A stretch of 64,000 nt of DNA. Source: Octopus bimaculoides (taxonomy: Eukaryota). A program made the translations under genes and the position numbers. The notes under the pieces are model-generated. The model did no database searches. It worked only from the letters and a program-made list of their open reading frames with translations, and was not told the origin of the DNA. The stretch is taken from assembly GCF_001194135.2 (NCBI RefSeq), contig NC_068984.1, forward strand, positions 24,609,079 to 24,673,078, given 5' to 3'. Position 1 is the first letter of the stretch; each line of letters opens with the position of its first letter. Of the stretch, positions 54,701 through 61,557 are shown one piece after another.

Positions 54701-55105
54701 TTCACCAGTCTTCAGTCAAGTCGTCCAACCCATGCTAGCATGGAAAGCGGACGTTTAAACGAAACATATATACATTCAGCATGTATCTTAAAGATTTCCT
54801 TAAATGTATTTTTTTAAATATATTTTTATTATTATTATTGTCTGTTAATGATAACTTCTGATATATTTTCTTTCTCAGCCCATTGGCAGATAATTGGCAC
54901 TCATCATCATCCAGTAACACTTATAACCCAAATGCAGCTAACTTTCAGAAAACATTATCTAAAAACACACATGTCTTTGTGGCGTTCCATGTCAGTAAAT
55001 GCTCCAACTGTGAACGGATTAAAAATGAATTTCTCACAACTGCAGATGAAATGGTGAAACATAAAAGTTTCGCTTTTGCGGCTGTTAATTGTGATTTTAA
55101 TTCAG
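15137..55105 (+). CDS. PDIA5: Protein disulfide isomerase A5 (PDIR)-like gene, 22 coding exons traced, 5'- and 3'-incomplete; domain order b-a1(CGFC)-a2(CGHC)-a3(CGHC)-a4(inactive)-a5(CSNC, partial)
   Basis: Manual splicing gives one open frame of 2065 nt with GT-AG introns and matching phases. The translation resembles human PDIA5 as recalled: DFKKLLRTKTNLLV ~ DLKKLLRTRNNVLV; FLQDPKGDIPWDEDPEA ~ [58 protein letters not shown]. Several exon sizes (88, 46, 93, 61, 68, 92, 137) match recalled vertebrate PDIA5 exons. Confidence 0.93.
16554..17794 (-). mobile_element. Near full-length decayed mariner (DD34D) transposon with about 30-bp TIRs
   Basis: Minus-strand pieces: HTH region (SARNINAVY...CQRWFQKF...GRS...TVEELAEKLG), FLDRIVTGVEKWVLYKN, and HQDNA...HPPY...APSDYHLFRSLQNHL with 34 residues between the catalytic D residues. 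TIRs ttgggtcatctcataaataatgcg and cacattatttatgagatgatccaa; TA at the left flank, CA at the right; frameshifted. Confidence 0.92.
18007..18094 (+). CDS. PDIA5: PDIA5 exon (phase 1 to 2): (E)KSLSSILPVIQTTAEEMKGKATLITIDC(S)
   Basis: Acceptor ttgtttttcag, donor gtaaat; 88 nt. Confidence 0.9.
19333..19398 (+). CDS. PDIA5: PDIA5 exon (phase 2 to 2): VAKKLCRKLKMSSNSFDIKHY(H)
   Basis: Acceptor ataattttag, donor gtaagt; 66 nt; KKLCRKLK ~ RKLCKKMK. Confidence 0.9.
20040..20625 (-). mobile_element. Decayed CR1/L2-like LINE 3' fragment
   Basis: Minus-strand ITISEDLS*QTHINKV...FLFKARKYF...LLTIYKVQ...INYCS...LQPLVHRCAISSL. Confidence 0.6.
20665..21030 (+). mobile_element. Family A SINE
   Basis: gcagatatggctgtgtggttaagaagcttgc...(GT)n...cagcatggcc. 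Confidence 0.7.
21506..21551 (+). CDS. PDIA5: PDIA5 exon (phase 2 to 0): DGEFNRNYDRKLTVK
   Basis: Acceptor ttttatcag, donor gtaagt; 46 nt; ~ DGAFHTEYNRAVTFK. Confidence 0.9.
21870..22130 (+). mobile_element. Family C SINE with internal about 63-bp tandem units
   Basis: Repeated gtggcatg(t/c)aaaaagcacc...gccagt...ctgactggccc units, then actctcagagtggttggtgttaggaagggcatccagctgtagaaac. Confidence 0.7.
22203..22479. mobile_element. Palindromic (foldback) MITE of about 275 bp
   Basis: Nested inverted matches: actttaggttagttaaaatat/atattttaactaacctaaagt, aaggcaaattc/gaatttgcctt, ctttcttatggtaaaa/ttttaccataagaaag, caccatatctgccc/gggcagatatggtg. Confidence 0.8.
22682..22774 (+). CDS. PDIA5: PDIA5 exon (phase 0 to 0): SMIKFLQDPKGDIPWDEDPEAENIVHVESEQ
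   Basis: Acceptor ttccttttcag, donor gttaga; 93 nt. Confidence 0.93.
25370..25740 (+). mobile_element. Family A SINE
   Basis: gcaggcatggctgtgtagtaagaagcttgc...aaaacaagtaaaaga. Confidence 0.75.
26419..26479 (+). CDS. PDIA5: PDIA5 exon (phase 0 to 1): KLNKMLKKQRLPMLLMFYAP(W)
   Basis: Acceptor tttgtttcag, donor gtaagt; 61 nt. Confidence 0.93.
27657..28010. repeat. Complex CA-rich minisatellite (CACACATG/CATGCA variants)
   Basis: Seen directly; source of the spurious H/T and C/V-rich ORFs. Confidence 0.95.
29490..29557 (+). CDS. PDIA5: PDIA5 exon (phase 1 to 0), a1 active site: (W)CGFCKRLKPEFSAAATELKGKA
   Basis: Acceptor aatttgtag, donor gtgagt; 68 nt; CxxC = CGFC. Confidence 0.95.
30678..30769 (+). 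CDS. PDIA5: PDIA5 exon (phase 0 to 2): ILAGLDADNPQFFQLRLQYNITGFPTIFYF(E)
   Basis: Acceptor atacttacag, donor gtaagt; 92 nt; GFPT cis-Pro loop. Confidence 0.93.
31702..31770 (+). CDS. PDIA5: PDIA5 exon (phase 2 to 2): NGKSLFQYGGENTRSGIVKWMS(N)
   Basis: Acceptor atgttttgcag, donor gtaagc; 69 nt. Confidence 0.92.
33680..33920 (+). mobile_element. RTE-clade LINE RT fragment
   Basis: KATGSLGILSEMLK...IISCYK(G)KRDAPERNNYRDIKLMD*VMKVTERI. Confidence 0.7.
34069..34205 (+). CDS. PDIA5: PDIA5 exon (phase 2 to 1): [45 protein letters not shown](W)
   Basis: Acceptor atatttttcag, donor gtatgt; 137 nt. Confidence 0.93.
34260..35830 (-). mobile_element. Possible heavily decayed Penelope-like element
   Basis: Weak motifs only: IGIP, CTRLIAI...LSICTASDF, IQIPAPDG; many stops and frameshifts. 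Confidence 0.3.
36025..36092 (+). CDS. PDIA5: PDIA5 exon (phase 1 to 0), a2 active site: (W)[22 protein letters not shown]
   Basis: Acceptor cattttatag, donor gtaatt; 68 nt; CGHC. Confidence 0.95.
37157..37251 (+). CDS. PDIA5: PDIA5 exon (phase 0 to 2): IEGALAAIDSTQESQISERFKIKGFPTVKYF(R)
   Basis: Acceptor tacctacag, donor gtaagt; 95 nt. Confidence 0.93.
37476..37541 (+). CDS. PDIA5: PDIA5 exon (phase 2 to 2): NGEYMWDFNERKASDIVSFMK(D)
   Basis: Acceptor gtgttttcag, donor gtaagt; 66 nt. Confidence 0.92.
38432..38571 (+). CDS. PDIA5: PDIA5 exon (phase 2 to 1): [46 protein letters not shown](W)
   Basis: Acceptor ttctatttcag, donor gtaagc; 140 nt; polyproline linker. Confidence 0.94.
41545..41615 (+). 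CDS. PDIA5: PDIA5 exon (phase 1 to 0), a3 active site: (W)CGHCKKAKPEFTEAALQLKDEPK
   Basis: Acceptor tacatttag, donor gtaagt; 71 nt; CGHC. Confidence 0.95.
42303..42431 (+). CDS. PDIA5: PDIA5 exon (phase 0 to 0): LAICAVDCTEHTSLCTAHDVKGYPTLKYFNYGKNPQDYMGGRT
   Basis: Acceptor tttcttttttag, donor gtaagt; 129 nt; ~ IACAAVDC...VKGYPTFHYYHYGK...RT. Confidence 0.94.
43217..43412 (+). CDS. PDIA5: PDIA5 exon (phase 0 to 1): end of a3, linker and start of extra domain a4: TTDFVNFLKSPNAPPTPEPVPKMSPQEEFWLKEVGPSFKDVILLSSTSFDHFISENPSALVFFYS(R)
   Basis: Acceptor gtctttttcag, donor gtaagt; 196 nt; repeats the Pro-linker-W...V..L....FD.F......LVFFY pattern of the earlier domains. Confidence 0.9.
44451..44518 (+). 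CDS. PDIA5: PDIA5 exon (phase 1 to 0), degenerate active-site exon of a4: (R)KRPDTELMKEFSMTATFLKAGE
   Basis: Acceptor ttcatcatag, donor gtaagc; 68 nt, same size and phases as the a1/a2 WCGxC exons; aligns without gaps to [23 protein letters not shown]. Confidence 0.85.
45461..45542 (+). CDS. PDIA5: PDIA5 exon (phase 0 to 1): [27 protein letters not shown](L)
   Basis: Acceptor ccttcttacag, donor gtaagt; 82 nt; FAAVD...LADKF ~ LAAVD...LAERF. Confidence 0.87.
46440..46815 (+). mobile_element. RTE-clade LINE 3' fragment
   Basis: RLCESY...MFHSSETLALTE...IETIDWCMQKRHLHW...MGDECWIKKC...KGR. Confidence 0.65.
47658..47670 (+). CDS. PDIA5: PDIA5 13-nt microexon (phase 1 to 2): (L)KYF(K)
   Basis: tttatag|TGAAATATTTCAA|gtgagt. 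It is required to restore frame between the 82-nt and 66-nt exons, encodes the conserved KYF strand, and 82+13 = 95, the size of the equivalent a2 exon. Confidence 0.82.
48808..48873 (+). CDS. PDIA5: PDIA5 exon (phase 2 to 2): NGEAMSECMGKTVKELSEFMM(N)
   Basis: Acceptor tttttcttttag, donor gtaagt; 66 nt, same size and phases as the a2 exon NGEYMW...SFMK. Confidence 0.87.
49196..49443. repeat. Compound (CCT)n(CAT)n-gap-(ACC)n microsatellite
   Basis: Seen directly; interrupted by Ns at 49283-49405. Confidence 0.9.
49959..50113. repeat. Compound (TC)n(GT)n-N10-(GA)n microsatellite
   Basis: Seen directly. Confidence 0.9.
52720..53625 (+). repeat. Second head-to-tail cluster of about five family B SINE copies
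   Basis: Repeated ctgagttcaaa...gtcaactttgcctt...gtcaataaa core near 52790, 53150, 53340 and 53600, plus a degenerate unit near 52980. Confidence 0.75.
54478..54762 (+). mobile_element. Family C SINE upstream of the a5 exon
   Basis: ctctgagtggttggcgttaggaagggcatccagctgtagaaactctgcc...catggaaagcggacgtttaaacg. Confidence 0.8.
54879..55105 (+). CDS. PDIA5: PDIA5 exon (phase 2 to 1), extra domain a5: PLADNWHSSSSSNTYNPNAANFQKTLSKNTHVFVAFHVSKCSNCERIKNEFLTTADEMVKHKSFAFAAVNCDFNS
   Basis: Acceptor attttctttctcag, donor gtaagt; 227 nt; thioredoxin pattern with CSNC and AAVNC. Confidence 0.87.
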
Positions 55106-55224
55106 GTAAGTTTATTATTTTCTAAATATATCCCACAGGTTTTTTTAATACAAATTCTTGTTTATGTGAAATAGGTAACTGTTGATATACACTTATAAAG
55201 TATTAATATCAATCAGAATATAAT

Positions 55225-55582
55225 AGAGGCATAAAAGCACCATCTGTGCGTGATCGTTGCCAGGGCCGCTGACTGGCTCCTATGCCAGTGGCATGTAAAA
55301 AGCACCATTCGAGCATGATTGTTGCCAGCATGGCCTTACTGGCACCTGTGCAGGTGGCACGTAAAAAACACCATTTGAGCATGGTCGTTGCCAGTACCAC
55401 CTGACTGGCCCTTGTGCCGGTGGCATGTAAAAGCACCCACTACACTCTCAGAGTGGTTGGCATTAAGAAGGGCATCCAGCTGCAGAAATTTTGCCAGATC
55501 AGATTGGAGCCTGGTGCAGCCTTCTGGCTCGACAGTCCAACCCATGCCAGCATGGAAAGCTGACATTAAACGACGATGATGA
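55225..55582 (+). mobile_element. Family C SINE downstream of the a5 exon, with about four internal tandem units
   Basis: Same core plus a gacgatgatga tail. Confidence 0.8.
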
Positions 55583-56159
55583 CATCTTCCACTGAGATCT
55601 TTGTCAAACAATCATCCTTCTCAAAATATTGCTGTTTACAATTTCATATTCTGTTGTCATCAAAATTGACTTTCCTCATATCTTTTAACTCTTGTCTAAT
55701 TTTTCCATTAATATTATCAACTTACTGTTTAAACTCTATTGTCATGACATTCTAACTCTCTTTAGTGACCATTGGTATTGTCTCTGTGAAGTGAAATTTA
55801 TTTAAATATGTATGTAATATGTGGAGGTGCATAGCTTAGTGGTTAGGGTGTTAGCATCATGATCGTAAGATTGTGGTTTCGATTCTTGGACTGGGCGACG
55901 TGTTCTTGAGCAAAACACTTCATTTCACTCAGCTGGCAAAAATGAGTAACACTGCGATAGACTGGCGTCCCGTCCAGCTGGGGAACACATACACCATTGA
56001 AACCGGGAAACCGGGCCAGGCTTTAAAAGGGTGCATTTATTGATTTTCATGTATGTAATATATATAGTCAGTGCTCTGTTAATAAGTTTTGGGGGCTGAG
56101 AAGGGGAGAGCTTTCATTCTTGTTAATAAAAATTATTGTGAGTGATAAAAGTCATGCCA

Positions 56160-56594
56160 GAAGTGATAAAAATCAAACAGTCAGTCAACATCATGGTGTT
56201 TGGAGTGATCACTAATGATGGTGCCATTCATCTTCCCACATGGTCTCAGACTCAACACGGAGGCCTACATCAAGTGCCTGGAGGAAGTAGTGCTGTCCTG
56301 GGTTAAGAGGATGGCTGCTGGAAGACCCTACATTTGGCAGCAGGACCCTGCACCATGCCACACAAGCAGGAGAACCCAATCATAGCTGTCAAACAATTTC
56401 TGTGACCACATCATCCCTAACATCTGGCTGCCTAACTCTTCAGACTGAAACCCCCTTCATTATTATGTGTCGAGAACAGTTGAGCAAAAGGTCAACAAAA
56501 CTCCTTGTAACACCAAAGATGAGCTAAAGGCAAGGATTATGGCAGCATTCACCAACTTAAACAAGAAGACCATCCAGAAGAGTTGCAGGAGATT
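56160..56594 (+). mobile_element. maT-family (DD37D) transposase remnant
   Basis: IMVFGVITNDG...FPHGLRLNTEAYIKCLEEVVLSWVKRMAAGRPYIWQQDPAPCHTSRRTQS*LSNNF...IWLPNSSD*NPLHYYV...NTKDELKARIMAAF. 37 residues from QQD to the NPL(D to H) position; in-frame stops. Confidence 0.85.
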
Positions 56595-56787
56595 AGGTGC
56601 ATACTTTGATTAACTGCATTGCTTTTTGTTGAGATAAAGTAAAATAAGCTTTCCGTTCAAAACTGGACATTTTATTCTTAATGACCTGCCATGCCTGATC
56701 ACTAAATCCACAAGTTTTTCCTATCTTTTCTGTGTTTATTTTCTCTTATTCCTTTCTGTTGAAGCGCATAGGCTCGAAATGTAAAGG

Positions 56788-57544
56788 NNNNNNNNNNNNN
56801 NNNNNNNNNNNNNNNNNNNNNNNNNNNNNNNNNNNNNNNNNNNNNNNNNNNNNNNNNNNNNNNNNNNNNNNNNNNNNNNNNNNNNNNNNNNNNNNNNNNN
56901 NNNNNNNNNNNNNNNNNNNNNNNNNNNNNNNNNNNNNNNNNNNNNNNNNNNNNNNNNNNNNNNNNNNNNNNNNNNNNNNNNNNNNNNNNNNNNNNNNNNN
57001 NNNNNNNNNNNNNNNNNNNNNNNNNNNNNNNNNNNNNNNNNNNNNNNNNNNNNNNNNNNNNNNNNNNNNNNNNNNNNNNNNNNNNNNNNNNNNNNNNNNN
57101 NNNNNNNNNNNNNNNNNNNNNNNNNNNNNNNNNNNNNNNNNNNNNNNNNNNNNNNNNNNNNNNNNNNNNNNNNNNNNNNNNNNNNNNNNNNNNNNNNNNN
57201 NNNNNNNNNNNNNNNNNNNNNNNNNNNNNNNNNNNNNNNNNNNNNNNNNNNNNNNNNNNNNNNNNNNNNNNNNNNNNNNNNNNNNNNNNNNNNNNNNNNN
57301 NNNNNNNNNNNNNNNNNNNNNNNNNNNNNNNNNNNNNNNNNNNNNNNNNNNNNNNNNNNNNNNNNNNNNNNNNNNNNNNNNNNNNNNNNNNNNNNNNNNN
57401 NNNNNNNNNNNNNNNNNNNNNNNNNNNNNNNNNNNNNNNNNNNNNNNNNNNNNNNNNNNNNNNNNNNNNNNNNNNNNNNNNNNNNNNNNNNNNNNNNNNN
57501 NNNNNNNNNNNNNNNNNNNNNNNNNNNNNNNNNNNNNNNNNNNN
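56788..57544. other. Assembly gap (others at 6150-6454, 29675-29774, 39333-40022, 51736-51940, 59262-59342)
   Basis: Runs of N. Confidence 0.99.
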
Positions 57545-57680
57545 AAATAAGTTATCCATGTTATACATGATTTTTTTCTTTTAATTTTAAATGTTAAGAA
57601 TTTCTTTTCCACTGGCATAAGATAGAGCATAGATAAGAGAGTATATTAGAGTATCTATTTATCGTCGTCGTCGTCATCCT

Positions 57681-59171
57681 TTAACGTCCGCTTTCCATGC
57701 TAGCATGGGTTGGACGATTTGACTGAGGACTGGTGAAACCGGATGGCAACACCAGCCTCCAATCTGATTTGGCAGAGTTTCTACAGCTGGATGCCCTTCC
57801 TAACGCCAACCACTCAGAGGGGTTGATTAACTCTACTAAAACGCTTCTTTGCAAATTTCTGGGCTTATAATCAATATAAGAAATTAATGCTGTGAGAAAC
57901 TGGCAGAAATGATGAATACATTTAAAAACATTACAAGGAACAAAAGTTTAAATTTCCAGTCATGTCATGTATATATATAGAAAAAGAAACATTTTGGGTA
58001 TATATATGAATGTATGTATGCATTGCATTGCTGTGGTTAAGAAGTTCACTTTCCAGCCACATGGTTTTGGGTTCACTCCATCTGCACAGTCCCTTGGGCA
58101 AGGTCATGTAAGTGGATTTAGTAGAAAGAATGCTGTGTGCATCTATATATATAATGTCTGTATGTGTGTGTTACCATGACGTTATGTGATAGATATACAA
58201 TGAGCATTGTAGAGGAAACCTCATAGCTAATTATGTGTGATGTGATTTTAAGCTTACCATGAACATGCATGTATCTTACCTGTTACTCTGCAGTTCTTGC
58301 CATTTGTGTGAATGTTGATGTATTTTTGTTTGGTACAAAAGCATATAATTACTGACAAAAAAAAGAAAGCGGGGGAGAGAAATGATGATGTTTATGCCTT
58401 CTTTTAAGGATATAAGAGACATGACTTAAATGGAATAGCTAACAAGAACTGCAACTGAGTCACCTCTGCAACTCATCTCATGGACTGTGAACTTATCTCC
58501 TTTTCAAGGGCATTCTATATATTATCTGTGTGATGTCTTAAACTAAACATGGGGTCATTAAAAAAAAAAAAAAAAAATTCATTGAGATGGATTTATCTTG
58601 AATGAATTGATTCTTGTATATTACTGAAACTCATTTTAGCAAGCCCAAAGTGGACAAGTCAATGAGGGAGCCTCTATGTGGTATCTTGCCCTGTAAGAAA
58701 TAGTAGCGGAATCTCCTTTCAGTTATACTCTGACATTTTTCAACATGACAGGGCACATTATATTATCATTATATAACCATTCCAAATACATTATCTGAAC
58801 AAAAGATGGAATAGTCATGGCTAGAATATTTTTGATTGTAGATCTGCTCTGTCTTCTAAACAACAACAAGCATGAAGTTGGTGATGACATGACTGGAAAT
58901 TTAAACTTTTGTTCCTTGTAATGTTTGAAATGTATTCATCATTTCTGCCAGTTTCTCACAGCATTAATTTCTTATATTGATTATAAGCCCAGAAATTTGC
59001 AAAGAAGCGTTTTAGTAGAGTTAATCAACCCCTCTGAGTGGTTGGCGTTAGGAAGGGCATCCAGCTGTAGAAACTCTGCCAAATTTAGATTGGAGCCTGG
59101 TGTTGCCATCCGGTTTCACCAGTCCTCAGTCAAGTCGCCCAACCCATGCTAGCATGGAAAGCGGACGTTAA
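57681..59171. repeat. Inverted repeat with 287-bp arms (57681-57967 and 58885-59171)
   Basis: Each arm is about 147 bp of non-SINE sequence joined to an identically truncated family C SINE 3' half; only a handful of mismatches between arms. Confidence 0.9.
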
Positions 59172-61490
59172 ACGATGATGATGATGATGATGATGATGAA
59201 TACATTACTGTGATGAAGCCTCTATGTGGTAATTCAATCTGCTGGAAAGACAGCTAAATTTNNNNNNNNNNNNNNNNNNNNNNNNNNNNNNNNNNNNNNN
59301 NNNNNNNNNNNNNNNNNNNNNNNNNNNNNNNNNNNNNNNNNNGAAATGTATTCATCATTTCTGCCAGTTTCTCACAGCATTAATTTCTTATATTGATTAT
59401 AAGCCCAGAAATTTGCAAAGAAGGGTTTTAGTAGAGTTAATCAACCCCTCTGAGTGGTTGGCGTTAGGAAGGGCATCCAGCTGTAGAAACTCTGCCAAAT
59501 TTAGATTGGAGCCTGGTGTTGCCATCCGGTTTCACCAGTCCTCAGTCAAGTCGCCCAACCCATGCTAGCATGGAAAGCGGACGTTAAACGATGATGATGA
59601 TGATGATGATGATGAATACATTACTGTGATGAAGCCTCTATGTGGTAATTCAATCTGCTGGAAAGACAGCTAAATTTTCTTCCAAGTCACATGCTTAAAA
59701 AGGAAGGACATTAAATTATCTAGTCTTAGATATACAGTATCTAAATAAATGATAGGATGGTCTTGATTGGAGTGCTTTTGATCATGTTTTTGTTCAATTA
59801 GGCTGATCTGTAAAAGATGATAAGTGAAGTCCTTCTTTCTTCAGTTTTGAATTCACTGAGTGAAAAAATTCACCAAACAAGAGTTTTCTTTAAAGAAATG
59901 AAAATATCACAACTGTGCCAAAAGAATAAGAAATGCTTGTCAAACTATGTATCTAACAAGCCTATCGTTTCATATTTAAACGACTTAACATTTCATTTCA
60001 TAAATACTTCCAAAGTTTGATTAATGGTTTTATATTTTTAAAATAAATTTTATGAGTGATAAGTATTTATTGGTTTTTTTCCTGCTCTTTATTGAAATCA
60101 TCATCATCATCATTCCACTTTCTAATACTTGTATGGGTCAGACAGAATTCATTGAGGCATATCTTAATANNNNNNNNNNTGGATGTTACTAATCCTCTGC
60201 AATTTCCAAGAAAGGTAATATTTCCCCATGGCTGGACAAGTTTTTATGGAAAATTCAAAATAAAGTATACTGCTTGTGTAACAGATGCTATCACTCAATG
60301 TTGAGAGAAAGAGCTAGAAGCCAAACTGCATCTCATCTGAGCTAACTCAGTTCCTAATTAGTTGAGCTATAACTTATTCTGTAACTTTTATAACTGGGTC
60401 CACCAATTGTTGGCTATGATACCTATTTTTCAGTTACATGGACACTCTACTTTACATTTCTTCTCAGTTGTTTAATATGTAGACTGGTTGCTGACTCCAC
60501 AAGAGGAGCTTTTTACGGTAGCCGCACGATTCACTGAACCCACATTGTAAACAACTAATTTGCACGCATGCACACATGCATGCACGCACACACACACACA
60601 CACGCATCGGAGTAGCTTCAGTTCATTCTAAAAAAGAAGNNNNNNNNNNACACGCATCGGAGTAGCTTCAGTTCATTCTAAAAAAGAAGTAGGAGTGGTT
60701 AGCTACTAATTTGTATCATAACATTGATATTCAGCAGCTGATGAAAAGTGATTTATGAGTTAGCTGATTAACAGATGACATGCCTACAGTTTAAAAAATT
60801 CTTTTGACATCAAATGATCATTAAGACCAATAAACGCACACTTTCACCCCAGCCTCTCACTATTGAGTGACACTCCTATTGTTCCTTATGCTGGGGTGAG
60901 AGTAATTGTAGGCATAGTGATGGTGAGGGTGGTAGTAAATTGATGGTAATGGAGTGATAGTAATAGTATGAGCTGTAGTTGTGATAGAGGCGGAGGCGAC
61001 GGTGATGATGGTGGTGGTAGTGGTGGTAGCCGAGGTGGTCAGGAATGACGGTGATAGTAAGCGATGTGAAAGACAGTGGGGATGGTGGTGGAGGGGAAGG
61101 CGGCGAAGTCAACGGTATTGATGGTAGTGGCGTCAGAAGGCTGAATGCTGTGTGTTTGGCAGTTGTGGTGGCGATGGTGGTGGTACTGGTGATGGTGATG
61201 GATAAGAGAAAGAAAGAAGTTAGACCGAAAAAAAAAAAGGTACTGACCCCCGAATGGGAAGACAAAAAAATGTTTTTTATCATGCAGCTTTGCAATAAGT
61301 TCCAAGTCTACAAATTACATCAATGTTTTGATGAAAATTCTTCATTGCTTGAGAAATATTGGTCAAGTTTAATACAATCTAATATGTCCTCAATGCATGA
61401 AGTGTCATTGTTGGACCCAAGGCCCAATGAAGTGCTCTCCACAGGAGCTAGCTTAAAAGCCTCCCGATAGTGCGACTTTTAAGCTAATAA

Positions 61491-61533
<43 letters not shown>

Positions 61534-61557
61534 TATATAAATATATATATATATATA

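Noticed and set aside
15137-55105. Selenocysteine (CxxU) active site
   Set aside because: No in-frame TGA occurs in any traced exon.
58926-59680. Tandem duplication of about 335 bp (58926-59261 repeated at 59343-59680)
   Set aside because: The copies flank an N-gap and differ at about one base, typical of an unmerged haplotype or overlap artefact.
59838-60020. Phase-1-compatible ORF (VLNSLSEKIH...) as the last exon
   Set aside because: No thioredoxin features and no ER-retention motif.
60434-60475. LHGHSTLHFFS, resembling VKGYPTLHYF, as the missing a5 exon
   Set aside because: Wrong phase, early stop, no donor and no upstream helix.
60600-60690. Direct repeat of about 40 bp around a 10-N gap
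   Set aside because: Contig-overlap artefact.
60876-61470. GC-richer low-complexity ORFs on both strands
   Set aside because: Mixed (GGT/GAT/GGC)n simple repeats.
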